From Nitrososphaerota archaeon (GTDB lineage: Archaea > Thermoproteota > EX4484-205 > JAAOZP01): DNA of 64,000 bases. The notes under the pieces were generated by a model. That model worked only from the letters and a program-made list of their open reading frames with translations. It made no database searches and was not told the origin of the DNA. Location of the stretch: the NCBI GenBank assembly GCA_011605725.1, contig JAAOZP010000017.1, forward strand, positions 374,354 through 438,353, given 5' to 3'. Numbering within the stretch: position 1 is the first letter of the stretch; each line of letters begins with the position of its first letter. Below, in pieces: positions 8,688-18,839 of the stretch. Position numbers and translations under genes: made by a program.

Positions 8688-8705
8688 TATTTAAGTTTTT
8701 TTCGG
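8688..8705 (-). promoter_or_regulatory. BRE/TATA promoter of tRNA-Gln
   Basis: Minus strand CGAAAAAAACTTAAATA about 26 bp upstream of the tRNA 5' end. Confidence 0.65.
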
Positions 8706-8734
8706 CTGTTTTCCTCGCTTCTTCAACAGCTTTC

Positions 8735-8959
8735 TCACCTCATCTTGCTTATTTTCATCGAAGCAACCTTCCTCCGGGATGAGGCGGCGAGGATGGTGAG
8801 GAGGTTCTCTTCTTCCCTAACCCTCCTGATGAGTAGTAAATCGCCTTTCAAGTAGGCCAGCAACCTGTCTCCCTTCCTTAATCCTAACCGGCTTCCAACC
8901 CCTTTAGAGATGACGACCTGACCCTTAGAGCTGACTCGAGCATCCCCGACTTCCGCCAT
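8735..8959 (-). CDS. AbrB-family DNA-binding protein, orphan, C-terminus possibly frameshifted
   Basis: RVSSKGQVVISK...LGLRKGD; no toxin downstream; other frame continues KAVEEARK. Confidence 0.7.
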   Translation of the reverse strand: MAEVGDARVSSKGQVVISKGVGSRLGLRKGDRLLAYLKGDLLLIRRVREEENLLTILAASSRRKVASMKISKMR

Positions 8960-8976
8960 AGTAATCCTATTTATAA

Positions 8977-8994
8977 AGTAAGATTGGTCTTACT
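8977..8994. promoter_or_regulatory. Inverted repeat AGTAAGA-ttgg-TCTTACT upstream of abrB (candidate autoregulatory operator)
   Basis: Perfect 7-bp arms next to TTTATAAA. Confidence 0.5.
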
Positions 8995-9201
8995 CATAAG
9001 CCTAGTGCAGGTAGCCTCAGCTTTATTTCCGCGCTACATGGCTTCTCTTTGAAACACCGTTACAACCTAAACCGTGAGATTATTTTTAACCGTGTGGCTT
9101 AGACCTGAGTTTCCCTTTCTTAACAAGCTTTGGCTAGTGCTTTGAAGCCGGGTTTCTTCAGACAAGCCCCTTTAGAATTCGTTTCGCGTGCATTGCTTTG
9201 G

Positions 9202-11079
9202 CTACGTTACCAAGCCTGCCCTCCTCAGCTTAGCCTCCACATCTGTGAGCCCGAGTCTTCTCAGTGTTCTCGGCTTCGGAACCCCTTTCTCATCCCAGCC
9301 TACAGCCTTGAAGTATTCAAGCCTCTCTTTTTCAAACCTTCTCCTGCTGAGCCTCCTGCCTTTGAACGGCCCTGAGGGCAGTGGCTCCCAGAACCTCGGC
9401 GGGTTGTCGTCGTCAACCCCGGGCCTCCACTTGAAGTCGGGGCCGCCTAGGAGCAGCATTGCTCTTTGAAGCTGAAGTATCCGTAGCGCCTTCTCCCCGT
9501 ACCATTCCCTAAGCGTCATCCTCCAGCCTGTCACAGCCTCGTAGAACTCTAAGATCTCACTGTCCGTTGGGCCGAAGGCTGCGAACATGCAGTAGACTCC
9601 GCTGTCAGGCAGTATGGAGGAGAGCTCACCCCTGTCTCCCTTGCGCATTGGTGATGCTGGCGAAGTATGGTCTCCCGCTTGAACAGAGCAGGCGTAGGCG
9701 ATTCTGCTTGAAATATAGTCTCGCCCGCTTCTGACGCCGTGCGCCCCTATTGCCATGCCCTTCTCCTGAACAGCGTATTTAAGCAGGTTCCTCTTCTTTT
9801 TCTCCCCCAGCTTGACGGCTGCGCGGTAAACCCCTTCAGCCAGAACATCTCCAATCCCCTGGCGGAAAGCTGTTTTCTCAGCAAGGGCTGCGAATCCCCT
9901 GGGGTCTCCCCATTTAAGCTCAACCCCGTTAAGGTCTTTCTTCGAGAGTATCTTCCTCTGGTGGAGCTCGGCTGCGAAACCCAGGACCGCGCCCCCCTGT
10001 ATTCCGCAGAGGCCCAGCTCGTTGACAACGTAGGAAACATAAATGTTATGCTCAGGATTGAATATTCCAAGGTTTGTTCCAACGTATGCTTCAAGCTCGT
10101 AATCCGGGTTGTCGCACACAGCTCCCCTGAACCTTCCTTTCCTAATCACCGCGAGCTTGAGGCAGGTCATGGCGCAGCCGAAGTCGCCCCAGTTCTTCTT
10201 AACCCAGTACTTGTCAAACTCCTCCCGCCTATAGCTTCTCTTATTATGCCACTCTGTCTGCCAGTTTCTAACAGGCTCGGAGCTCGTTTCAGCTCCGAAC
10301 GAGTATCCTCCGCCCCCTGTTCCCCAACGTCTGAACCAAGTGTTCTCCAGACAGTCCTCGGCGAACCTGCGGGCCAGGCGGAGCATCTTCTCATCGTCGT
10401 AGACATCCGGCAGGGGTCCGAAGCCTTTTGCAACGATCGCTTTAAGGTTCTTCGAGCCCATTACGCCACCGTACCCTCCGTATCCTGCTGCGTGCGAATA
10501 TTTTGACATGACCGCCGCGATCCTGCTCCTGTTCTCCCCGGCCGGCCCAATGTACAGGATGGAGGGCTCCTTCGCCTCCCCGTAGCGCGGCCTGATTCGA
10601 GAAACATCCTCCCTGGTTTTTCTCACAAGGAAGCGCAGGGTTTCCCTCGCGGCAGCACCCCAGACCTGCGAAGCATCCTTTATTTCAACATGGTTATCAC
10701 ATATGAAGAGGTAGCAGGGCTTCTCTGCTCTACCGGTCACCACGATGCCGTCGTAGCCGGCGCATTTTAAGTCGACTCCGAACTCGCCTGCGACCGTTGA
10801 GCCTACTAAACCATTGCTTTGCGGAGACTTTCCGGAGACACAGGTTTTCGACCCTGGGTAGTAGCCTGTCAACGGGCCTGTCAAAACGAGCAGAATGTTC
10901 TCCGGGCTGAATGGGTCAACAGTCTCCCATTCAGCGCCCAGCCTGTCCCAAGCTATCTTCGCCGCTAAGCCTCTTCCACCAACATAGTTCTTCAAATCCT
11001 CCTCCGGGACCCTGGTTTCACTTATGCTCCCGCTGGAAAGGTCGACGTCTAAAAGTCTTCCAGCGTAACCCCTCATCAT
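9202..11079 (-). CDS. Tungsten aldehyde:ferredoxin oxidoreductase family large subunit, WOR5-like
   Basis: GYAGRLLDVDL, SGKSP, IGPAGEN, GVMGSKNLKA, PDYE; D-x2-C-x3-C cluster motif; resembles Pyrococcus WOR5 from memory. Confidence 0.9.
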   Translation of the reverse strand: MMRGYAGRLLDVDLSSGSISETRVPEEDLKNYVGGRGLAAKIAWDRLGAEWETVDPFSPENILLVLTGPLTGYYPGSKTCVSGKSPQSNGLVGSTVAGEFGVDLKCAGYDGIVVTGRAEKPCYLFICDNHVEIKDASQVWGAAARETLRFLVRKTREDVSRIRPRYGEAKEPSILYIGPAGENRSRIAAVMSKYSHAAGYGGYGGVMGSKNLKAIVAKGFGPLPDVYDDEKMLRLARRFAEDCLENTWFRRWGTGGGGYSFGAETSSEPVRNWQTEWHNKRSYRREEFDKYWVKKNWGDFGCAMTCLKLAVIRKGRFRGAVCDNPDYELEAYVGTNLGIFNPEHNIYVSYVVNELGLCGIQGGAVLGFAAELHQRKILSKKDLNGVELKWGDPRGFAALAEKTAFRQGIGDVLAEGVYRAAVKLGEKKKRNLLKYAVQEKGMAIGAHGVRSGRDYISSRIAYACSVQAGDHTSPASPMRKGDRGELSSILPDSGVYCMFAAFGPTDSEILEFYEAVTGWRMTLREWYGEKALRILQLQRAMLLLGGPDFKWRPGVDDDNPPRFWEPLPSGPFKGRRLSRRRFEKERLEYFKAVGWDEKGVPKPRTLRRLGLTDVEAKLRRAGLVT

Positions 11080-11618
11080 CCAAGAGCCTCCTTCAAAACC
11101 TCTTTCCCCAGGATTTTCAAAGCCGTTTCGCGAGTAAGCTCCTCAGGGGTCTTCGCCAGAGGCTTGCGCGAAGCCACGCTACCCGCTGGAACCAGCTCAA
11201 GAGCATTCCACCTGCCTTTTACGCATTCTTTTACGCAAGCCGGGTCTCCGCCGCAAAGATTGCAGATAACGATAGTGTTTCTCTCCGGATGCAGGTGGGG
11301 AACTCTCCCTGGGCAGGTGTTCACGCACAGGCCGCACCCGGTGCATTTAGAGGAGTCTACTTCAACAGCACCGGTTTGACTGTTAACCGTGAGCGCCCCG
11401 GCTGGACAGGCTTCGACGCAGGGATAGTCTTCACACTGGAAGCAGAGATGCGGTATCTCAATCCCTGGGATAAGCATGAAAACCCTTATCCTAGATGCCT
11501 CCGGCCAGATTTTTCCCTCATGTTGGAGCGAACAGGCGATTTCACATCTTCTGCAGCCGCTGCAATGCTCGTACCGCCGACTGATCCAAACCCGGTCTAC
11601 ACTGTCCAATGATTCCAA
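11076..11618 (-). CDS. 4Fe-4S polyferredoxin small subunit
   Basis: CSGCRRCEIAC, CFQCEDYPCVEACP, CTGCGLCVNTCP, CNLC...C; overlaps the AOR start. Confidence 0.92.
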   Translation of the reverse strand: MESLDSVDRVWISRRYEHCSGCRRCEIACSLQHEGKIWPEASRIRVFMLIPGIEIPHLCFQCEDYPCVEACPAGALTVNSQTGAVEVDSSKCTGCGLCVNTCPGRVPHLHPERNTIVICNLCGGDPACVKECVKGRWNALELVPAGSVASRKPLAKTPEELTRETALKILGKEVLKEALG

Positions 11619-11673
11619 TAGTCTTTCTCATTAGAAAAATTTTCTGTTTAAAACTGCAGACCATACTTAAGGA

Positions 11674-12744
11674 TTAAACGTGCAGTATTTCCTCCCAATC
11701 CACGTTCTCCTGAACCAGTTTCCTAGCCGCGGCGATGCGCGTCCTATCCCTGGGCCTTATTTTACCAACTATCTTCTGAACCATCTGCAGGGTTGTGTAA
11801 GTATCATGGGGCACGACTATCATCGGAATCTTAAGCTCATCCGCTCTAGGCAGCACTTTAGCGCTTGGACGCAGGTTTCCAGTCAGGATTATGCCGGAGG
11901 CTCCTGCTTCAAGCGCCGCCAGCACTATGTCTGTCCTATCGCCCCCGGTTATTATAAGCTCGTTCCTAACTCTTCTAAAATACTGTATGGCGCTTTCAGG
12001 AGTCATAGCGCCTATTAAAACGGTTTCAACAGGGTTTTCAAGCCCTCTTTTCCCGGCGATAAGCTCGCCGCCTATGGACTCGTAAACCTCTCTCACTGAG
12101 AGGGAGCTTAGCACCCTGTCTTCAGGCATGATCCCAAGGGTTTTCAAGCCTTCTTTCTCAAGCATCGGTTTCACGATCCCTCTTGCAAGCTTAAGCCTGT
12201 TCTCCTCAACACGGTTTAGAACGATGCCTGACACCTTGACACCCCAGTGTTCACAATAGTCTCTTGCGTGAAGCGCCTCGTCGACGACGAAGTCACCCTC
12301 GTATCTTAACACTAGGATTAGCTCAGCGTTGAAAAGCTGGGCAAGCCGCGGAGCCTGGCAGCCTAGGAAGGAGCCTGTTGAAAGCGTTTGAGCCCCTTCG
12401 ATCAGCATCAGATCGTTTTCAGCAGAAGCCTCCTTATAAGACTCTAGAATGCTGTCTCTGAAGCGTGAAGCGTCTTCACTCCAGAAGTATTCGAGGAAGC
12501 TTCCCCCGCATATTTTGAACGGGCATAATTCTAGGCTTGTTCTCAGCCCGAGGATTTCCCTCATGGTTTCAACATCCTCGTCCACAAGCTCGCCCCTAGG
12601 GTTCGGCACACAGAACCCGCTGATAGGCTTGAAATAGCCTACTCGCAACCCTTTCTCCAACGCGAGCTGCGCGAGCGAGATTATTAGCGTGCTCTTCCCA
12701 GCCAGCCTGCTCTGCGAAGCCACGTATACTGCTTGCCTCCTCAT
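11674..12744 (-). CDS. BioD-like/DRTGG protein (Pta N-terminal-like, no catalytic PTA domain)
   Basis: AGKS P-loop, VGYFKP, IEG, ITGGDRTD. Confidence 0.88.
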   Translation of the reverse strand: MRRQAVYVASQSRLAGKSTLIISLAQLALEKGLRVGYFKPISGFCVPNPRGELVDEDVETMREILGLRTSLELCPFKICGGSFLEYFWSEDASRFRDSILESYKEASAENDLMLIEGAQTLSTGSFLGCQAPRLAQLFNAELILVLRYEGDFVVDEALHARDYCEHWGVKVSGIVLNRVEENRLKLARGIVKPMLEKEGLKTLGIMPEDRVLSSLSVREVYESIGGELIAGKRGLENPVETVLIGAMTPESAIQYFRRVRNELIITGGDRTDIVLAALEAGASGIILTGNLRPSAKVLPRADELKIPMIVVPHDTYTTLQMVQKIVGKIRPRDRTRIAAARKLVQENVDWEEILHV

Positions 12745-14861
12745 GTCTCAGCCTCACCCTTAGGCTTGGAAAGCGTTCCTCTTATATCTACTGCCATACA
12801 CCCTTTTCCCTCCTCGTAGGCGAACAAGGGGTTTATTTCCATTTCCACAAGCTTATTGAAGCGGCACATAAGCTGGGAAAGCCTCACGACCACGTTTAAA
12901 ACCGACTCCAGGTCCGCCGGAGGCTCGCCCCTGACGCCCTTAAGCAGGGTGTAAGCCCTGGTCTCGGAAACCATCTCCATAGCCTCGGTGAAAGTAAGCG
13001 GCGCCAGCCTGTATGAAACATCCCTGAGGAAGTTTACGTATATTCCTCCTAGGCCGAACATCACCAGCGGGCCGAACTGCTGGTCTCTGACAGAGCCCAC
13101 AATAACCTCCCTGCCGGGTGGCGCCATTTTCTGGATTAACGCGCCCAGGATTCTCGCCTGCGGCATTGCTGCCCTAGCCCTTCTCACCACCAGCTCGTAA
13201 GCCCTGCCAGCCTCCTCAGGCGTTTTAACGTTAAGGATTACGCAGCCCATGTCAGTCTTGTGCAGAATATCCGGGGAGACGATTTTCACAGCAACCGGGC
13301 ATCCTATGGATTCAGCTGTTTCACGGGCCTCCTCAGCGTCCCTAGCTATCCTGGCTTCTGGAACAGGAATCCTGTATGCGGAAGCTATTTCGAAAGCCTC
13401 CTCCGAGGAAAGGTTGATCCTGCCCTCAGCCTCAACCCTTGCTATCACCCTTGCCACAGCATCGTCATCAACGTCAACAAGGTTTACAGCATGCTCCTCA
13501 GGCTTGCTGAGCATCAGGCTGTAGTCGTACATTCCTTTAAGCGCGAAGGCCGCTGGCTCCGGGAAATCGTAGTTCGGAATCTTCCCCTCCCTCAGGATCC
13601 TTATCGGCGGAGACTCGTTTCCAAACCCCATGAAGACTGCTGCAACAGGCTTCTCAAACCTTCTTCCCGCCTCTACAACGACGCGCGCAACCTCCTCTGA
13701 GGGAGTCATCGCCTGCGGCGTCAGTATGACGATCACGCTGTGCACGTAACTGCTGCTTAAAGCAGTTTCAAGCGCAATCCTGTAACGCTTTTCGTCAGCG
13801 TCTCCAAGCACGTCCAGAGGATTGTTGACGCTAGCATGAGGTGGAAGCAGGCTGCTAAGCTTCTCCCTTAGATCCTGCTCCAGCAGGGGCAGGTCTAAGC
13901 CCATTTTCTCGCAGGCGTCGACAGCAAGTATTCCTGGACCCCCGCCGTTAGTAACCACCATGACGCCGCTCCCCCTAGGCAGAGGCTGGCCTTCGAAGGC
14001 TGAAAGAAGGTCGAAAAACTCTTTCATCGTGCTCACCCTCAGGACACCAGCCTTCCTGAAGGCTGCTGAGAAAGCAGTGTCAGACCCTGCCAGCGAACCC
14101 GTGTGGGAGGAGACTGCCCTGACGCCAACCTGGGTGGTGCCGGCTTTCAAAGCAACAATCGGCTTTCTTCTTGAAAGCCTCCGGGCAACGTCTATGAAAC
14201 GCTCCCCGTTCTTCACGCCTTCAACATAGATTCCAACAACCCTAGTGGTCTCATCGTCAATAAGAGCTTCGAGAAAGTCTGTAGTAGTGAGGTCAGCCTC
14301 GTTGCCGACGCTTATGAAGTTCGCAAGACCCATTCCGCTGATCCTCGACCAGTTCAGTATCGCGCTTCCAAGAGCCCCGCTTTGAGAAACGATCGACACG
14401 TTTCCAGGCGTCGGCATGGTTGAAGCGAAGGAAGCATTCATACTGCTTCTAGAGTTTATGAAGCCGAGGCAATTCGGCCCCTGCATTCTCATGCCGTATT
14501 CCCTGCATTTAGCGACAAGCTCTTTCTCTAGAAGCGTTCCTTCTCTCCCTGTTTCACTGAAGCCTGCAGATATAACGATGAGACCCTTCACGCCTTTCCT
14601 CCCACACTCCTCGGCGACGCTTAGAACAATCCTGGCTGGGACAGCGATAATAGCCAGGTCAACATCGTCCTCAACATCCTTAACGCTCCGGTAGCACTTG
14701 TAGCCAAGTATTTCCTGAGCATTAGGGTTCACCGGGTAAAGCCTCCCTTTGAATCCTGACTCCACCATGTTACGGAATATTCTGTGACCTACTTTCCCCT
14801 CCTCCCTGCTGGCGCCTATTACTGCCACCGTTTTCGGGTTAAAGAAAGCCTCCAGCCTCAT
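12741..14861 (-). CDS. Acetate/acyl-CoA ligase (ADP-forming), fused alpha-beta
   Basis: VAVIGAS, GPNCLG, SQSGA, SHTGSLAG phospho-His, NPLD, C-terminal ATP-grasp HKTD/EINPL. Confidence 0.93.
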   Translation of the reverse strand: MRLEAFFNPKTVAVIGASREEGKVGHRIFRNMVESGFKGRLYPVNPNAQEILGYKCYRSVKDVEDDVDLAIIAVPARIVLSVAEECGRKGVKGLIVISAGFSETGREGTLLEKELVAKCREYGMRMQGPNCLGFINSRSSMNASFASTMPTPGNVSIVSQSGALGSAILNWSRISGMGLANFISVGNEADLTTTDFLEALIDDETTRVVGIYVEGVKNGERFIDVARRLSRRKPIVALKAGTTQVGVRAVSSHTGSLAGSDTAFSAAFRKAGVLRVSTMKEFFDLLSAFEGQPLPRGSGVMVVTNGGGPGILAVDACEKMGLDLPLLEQDLREKLSSLLPPHASVNNPLDVLGDADEKRYRIALETALSSSYVHSVIVILTPQAMTPSEEVARVVVEAGRRFEKPVAAVFMGFGNESPPIRILREGKIPNYDFPEPAAFALKGMYDYSLMLSKPEEHAVNLVDVDDDAVARVIARVEAEGRINLSSEEAFEIASAYRIPVPEARIARDAEEARETAESIGCPVAVKIVSPDILHKTDMGCVILNVKTPEEAGRAYELVVRRARAAMPQARILGALIQKMAPPGREVIVGSVRDQQFGPLVMFGLGGIYVNFLRDVSYRLAPLTFTEAMEMVSETRAYTLLKGVRGEPPADLESVLNVVVRLSQLMCRFNKLVEMEINPLFAYEEGKGCMAVDIRGTLSKPKGEAET

Positions 14862-14928
14862 TGCGTATCATCGATGCGGACTGTCCCTAGCCGCCTGAAA
14901 GTATGTTTATAAACTTGCAGTCTTAAGA

Positions 14929-16839
14929 ATGCTCTGGATGGCCGGCAGGGAGCGTTTACGAGACAGGCCTTACGATGATAAGAAGACCAGCCTGGAGGAG
15001 GCTTTAAGCTACATAAAGACTGGAGACCATATTTTCGTGGGCTCAGCGTGCGGGGAGCCCCAGTACCTTGTGCACGGGCTTGTGGATAAGGCTAAGCATC
15101 TGGCGGATAATGAGATACTTCATGTTCACACTCTCGGCGTCGCGCCCTATGCTAAGCCAGTATACTCAGACAGGTTCCGTCTGAACGCTTTCTTCGTAGG
15201 CGTGAACACTAGGGAGGCGGTTGCTGAGGGAAGGGCTGACTACACTCCCGTCTTCCTCTCTGACCTGCCTAGGCTGATATCAATGGGAATGGTGCCGATA
15301 GACGTGGCGCTGATACAGGTGACTCCTCCGGATGAACATGGTTTCTGCAGCCTAGGTGTTTCGGTTGAAATAACTAAGACAGCTGCTGAGAAGGCTAGGC
15401 TGGTAATAGCCCAGGTGAACCGATTCATGCCGCGCGTCCTAGGGGACAGCTTTATACATGTTAGTAACATAGATGTGGTTGTTGAGCATGATGAGCCTAT
15501 TCTTGAGGCTCCGCAGCAACCTAGAGACGTTGTTTCAGACAGGATAGCGAGGTATGTTTCCGAGCTGGTTGAGGACGAGTCGACTCTCCAGATAGGAATA
15601 GGAAGCATACCTGACGCAGTGTTAAGCTCCCTCGAGAATAAGAGAGACCTCGGGATCCACACGGAGCTTCTAACGGAGAGCGTTGTAGACCTTGTTGAAG
15701 CAGGAGTCATAACCTGCGCTAAGAAGACTCTCCACAGGGGGAAGATAATAGCCTCCTTCGCCATGGGTACTAGGCGTCTCTACGATTTCATAGACAACAA
15801 TCCGATGGTTGAGTTCTACGAGTCCAACTATGTGAACAACCCGCTTGTAATCGCTCAGAACAAGAAGATGGTTGCTATAAACCAGGCTCTGGAAGTCGAC
15901 TTGACTGGGCAGGTTTGTGCCGACTCTCTTGGATACGTTTTCTACAGTGGCCTTGGCGGCCAGGCTGACTTCGTAAGGGGCGCCAGGCTCTCGGAGGGAG
16001 GTAAAGCCATAACCGTCATACCCTCAACGGCTAAAGAGGGCGCGATTTCCAGGATAAAACCAGTGCTCAGCGAAGGCGCTGGCGTAGTGCTGACCAGGGG
16101 CGACGTGGACTATGTTGTTACAGAGTATGGTGTCGCACACTTAACAGGGAGGACGATAAAGGAGAGGGCACTGGCGCTCATAGGTGTTGCACACCCGAAG
16201 TTCAGAAACCAGCTTCTCGAATGGGCTAAGTCCCACAAGTATGTTCCTGAGGAAGTGTTACCTTTCCCAGAGGTTGAGTATCCCGAGGAGTTGAAGCGGT
16301 ACGTTACTCTTAAAGATGGGACTAGGCTGCTGTTAAGGCCGATAAAGCCTTCAGACGCAACCATGAAGCAACACTTGTTCTACGCTCTCTCCAAGGATAG
16401 TGTTACTAAAAGATACTTGGGACCGTTAAAATCTCTACCTTGGGACAGGGTTTGGCCGTACGTTATAATCGACTACCAGAACGAGATGGTTCTAGTGGCT
16501 GTTGTAAGTGAAGAGGGTTTTGAAAGCATGGTTGGAATAGGCAGCTACTCGAGAATACCTGGTACTGAGCTGGCTGAGGTTGCTCTCGTAGTCAGAGACG
16601 ATTGGCAGGGCAAGGGGATTGGAACGGAGCTTCTAAAATACCTTATTGAGCTGGCTAAGGCAAGGGGCTTCACGGGTTTAAAAGCATGGGTGCTCGTTGA
16701 AAACACTAGGATGATGCATCTGTTCAGAAAATGCGGCTACGCTATGAAGTATCGGGTGGAGGACGGGGTCTACGAGGTGTTGATAGACCTTAAGCAGCCT
16801 GTTGAAACCAAGGAGCCAGCAGCCTCGGAAAGCCTCTAA
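14929..16839 (+). CDS. Acetyl-CoA hydrolase/CoA-transferase fused to a C-terminal GNAT acetyltransferase
   Basis: LQIGIGSIPDAV, GIHTE, SGLGGQADF, VVTEYG; tail with VRDDWQGKGIG and ENTRM. Confidence 0.9.
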   Translation: MLWMAGRERLRDRPYDDKKTSLEEALSYIKTGDHIFVGSACGEPQYLVHGLVDKAKHLADNEILHVHTLGVAPYAKPVYSDRFRLNAFFVGVNTREAVAEGRADYTPVFLSDLPRLISMGMVPIDVALIQVTPPDEHGFCSLGVSVEITKTAAEKARLVIAQVNRFMPRVLGDSFIHVSNIDVVVEHDEPILEAPQQPRDVVSDRIARYVSELVEDESTLQIGIGSIPDAVLSSLENKRDLGIHTELLTESVVDLVEAGVITCAKKTLHRGKIIASFAMGTRRLYDFIDNNPMVEFYESNYVNNPLVIAQNKKMVAINQALEVDLTGQVCADSLGYVFYSGLGGQADFVRGARLSEGGKAITVIPSTAKEGAISRIKPVLSEGAGVVLTRGDVDYVVTEYGVAHLTGRTIKERALALIGVAHPKFRNQLLEWAKSHKYVPEEVLPFPEVEYPEELKRYVTLKDGTRLLLRPIKPSDATMKQHLFYALSKDSVTKRYLGPLKSLPWDRVWPYVIIDYQNEMVLVAVVSEEGFESMVGIGSYSRIPGTELAEVALVVRDDWQGKGIGTELLKYLIELAKARGFTGLKAWVLVENTRMMHLFRKCGYAMKYRVEDGVYEVLIDLKQPVETKEPAASESL

Positions 16840-16919
16840 AAAGTTTCAACGGCTACCTGATACGGTTTAAACGGTTCTGCGCAACACTTATTCCGGCTGG
16901 CTTAAGTTTATCCTTCTGA

Positions 16920-17836
16920 TCTCCGCCGGAGGAATCTTCCATTTTCTATCGTAAGTCATGAAGCCATTAACCTCGCCTTCAACACCGTAAAGCTGAGTAT
17001 GGCAGAACCGCAGACACGTGGTTCACGCATTATCGTCAGCGTCACGTCGCGGTACTTGCTGACAAACTCATACTCGTCCTCTAACGGCGGACCGTAAGCG
17101 TGAAACTCCCTGTCTATCAGCGGCGTGAAAACCTTAATGCCCCAGCCGCCGTACTCGCTCATGACCACTGGTTGGCCAGAGTATTTGAAACCCTTGAACA
17201 TAAGCGGCCTGTGCGAAGAATATGGCTCAAGTTTCTTCGCTTTCCTCCAGCCCTCGGCGAACACGTAGCCTCCCTGCCACGCCATGTAATCATGAACATC
17301 TATAATGTCTGACTCAGTATGGTGGTAGCCACTGTTGTCTATTACAAGCCTCGTTGGGTCATGCTTCTTAGTCTCCCTGTAGACTGTCCTTATGAAGCCT
17401 AGGGCTTCAGGAGTTTCACCCGGATCCCTCTCGTTGAACGAAACTCATACGGTTACGCATGGATGGTTAAAGTCCCTGTCTACGATTGTCCTCCACTCAG
17501 TTAAGAAGGGCTCAAGGTTTCGGCTTACAAGACTCACACCCCAGTCGCCCATTTCCTCCCAGACTAGAATCCTGATCTTGTCAGCCCAATACAAATATCT
17601 AGGATTCGGAGGCGCGCGTTATACCATACTACGTTGTGGAAACCCTCGTCATTTATTCTGCTCAGCCTACTCTGATACGGGAACGGAACCATAATGATTC
17701 TGTTAAAAACATCTTTAGACAAGCACCATTTTTCATCCTCCCCTGCACTCTTATCGTCGAAAGCAAACCCCCATTCACCGTTCAGGTTGATCCATCTGCT
17801 TCTAACGAAATCCGGCCTCGGAATACCCTCCGACAT
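16920..17836 (-). pseudogene. Glycoside hydrolase family 2 pseudogene with large internal deletion, nonsense codon and frameshift
   Basis: N-term PRPDFVR..WINLNGEW..VPFPYQS..VWY joined directly to PNPRYLYWAD..VWEE, RDFNHPCVTV*..NE, DPTRLVIDNSG, SEYGG; left end approximate. Confidence 0.85.
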
Positions 17837-17943
17837 TTAAAAACTACCGCCTCCAACCTGATTATAAAAGGCTTTTTCACCATCCTGCTTTAAGAAGGGA
17901 ATTCTTTATTAGCTTGAGAAACCTGCTCTACCGGTGCAGCAGG

Positions 17944-18807
17944 ATGTCTAAGAGAATCATTCTGGATACTGATATAGGTGATGATATTGATGATGCTTTC
18001 GCCCTGTTGTTCGCGTTGAAGTGCAGCGAGCTTGAGCTGGAGGCGGTTACAGTAGTCTGGGGAGACGTTGAGACAAGGGCTAAACTGGCCTCCAAGCTTA
18101 TATCAACACTCGGCTTGAAAACACCCGTAGCCAAGGGTTCTCCCCAGAGCCTTCTCGGGTTTAAGCCAGGATGGAAGCCTTGTCAGGCGGAGGTTTTGAA
18201 GCGGGATGAAGCTTTTCCAAACATTCTGGAGACTCCGGCTTGGAACATTGTTTCTGAAAAAGCCTGTGAAATCGACGGGCTTCACCTAGTCAGCATCGGC
18301 CCGATGACGAACGTGGCTTTAACATTGTTTTTCAAGCATGGTCTTGAGAAAAGGGTTAGCCTAACCTCGATGGCAGGGGTTTTTAAGAGCCCCGGCGCAG
18401 AATACAATGTTAAATGCGACCCTGAAGCCTTAAGCATTGTTCTCAAGTCAGGGTTGAACCCGCTTCTAGTCGGGCTGGACGTCACGATGAGATGCGTAAT
18501 GCCTGTGGACATGGTTGAGAAACTGAAGGTCAGTGGAAAGCCTGAGCACAGGCTTGTTTCAGCAATGCTTGAAGCCTGGACGGGGAGCACCGGCTTCAGG
18601 CAGCCGGTTTTACACGATCCTCTGGCTTTAGCCACGCTGGTGGACGATAAGATTGTTAAGGTTGAGAAAACCAGGGTTGAGGTTGAGCTTAAAGGAGAAT
18701 ATACGCGCGGCTTCACTGTTCTAACCAACGGCTCTCCAAACGCATCCGTATGCTTGAGCGTTGACGTCGACAGGTTTCTGAAGCTTTTCGAGGAAGTAGT
18801 CTTCTAA
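17944..18807 (+). CDS. Nucleoside hydrolase (IU-NH family)
   Basis: DTDIGDDIDDAFAL, GPMTN, EYN..DPEA, LHDPLA. Confidence 0.92.
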   Translation: MSKRIILDTDIGDDIDDAFALLFALKCSELELEAVTVVWGDVETRAKLASKLISTLGLKTPVAKGSPQSLLGFKPGWKPCQAEVLKRDEAFPNILETPAWNIVSEKACEIDGLHLVSIGPMTNVALTLFFKHGLEKRVSLTSMAGVFKSPGAEYNVKCDPEALSIVLKSGLNPLLVGLDVTMRCVMPVDMVEKLKVSGKPEHRLVSAMLEAWTGSTGFRQPVLHDPLALATLVDDKIVKVEKTRVEVELKGEYTRGFTVLTNGSPNASVCLSVDVDRFLKLFEEVVF

Positions 18808-18839
18808 AAGTTTAAAAAGCAAACGGTCCCGCTTATCCC

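Noticed and set aside
9739-10506. Long antisense ORFs in the ORF track (e.g. 9739-10506, 10911-11612, 15240-15764, 32453-32968, 38396-38884)
   Set aside because: Shadows of well-supported genes on the opposite strand.
17446-17448. In-frame TGA in GH2 as selenocysteine or recoding
   Set aside because: It replaces a conserved Trp in a gene that also has a deletion and frameshift; ordinary decay.
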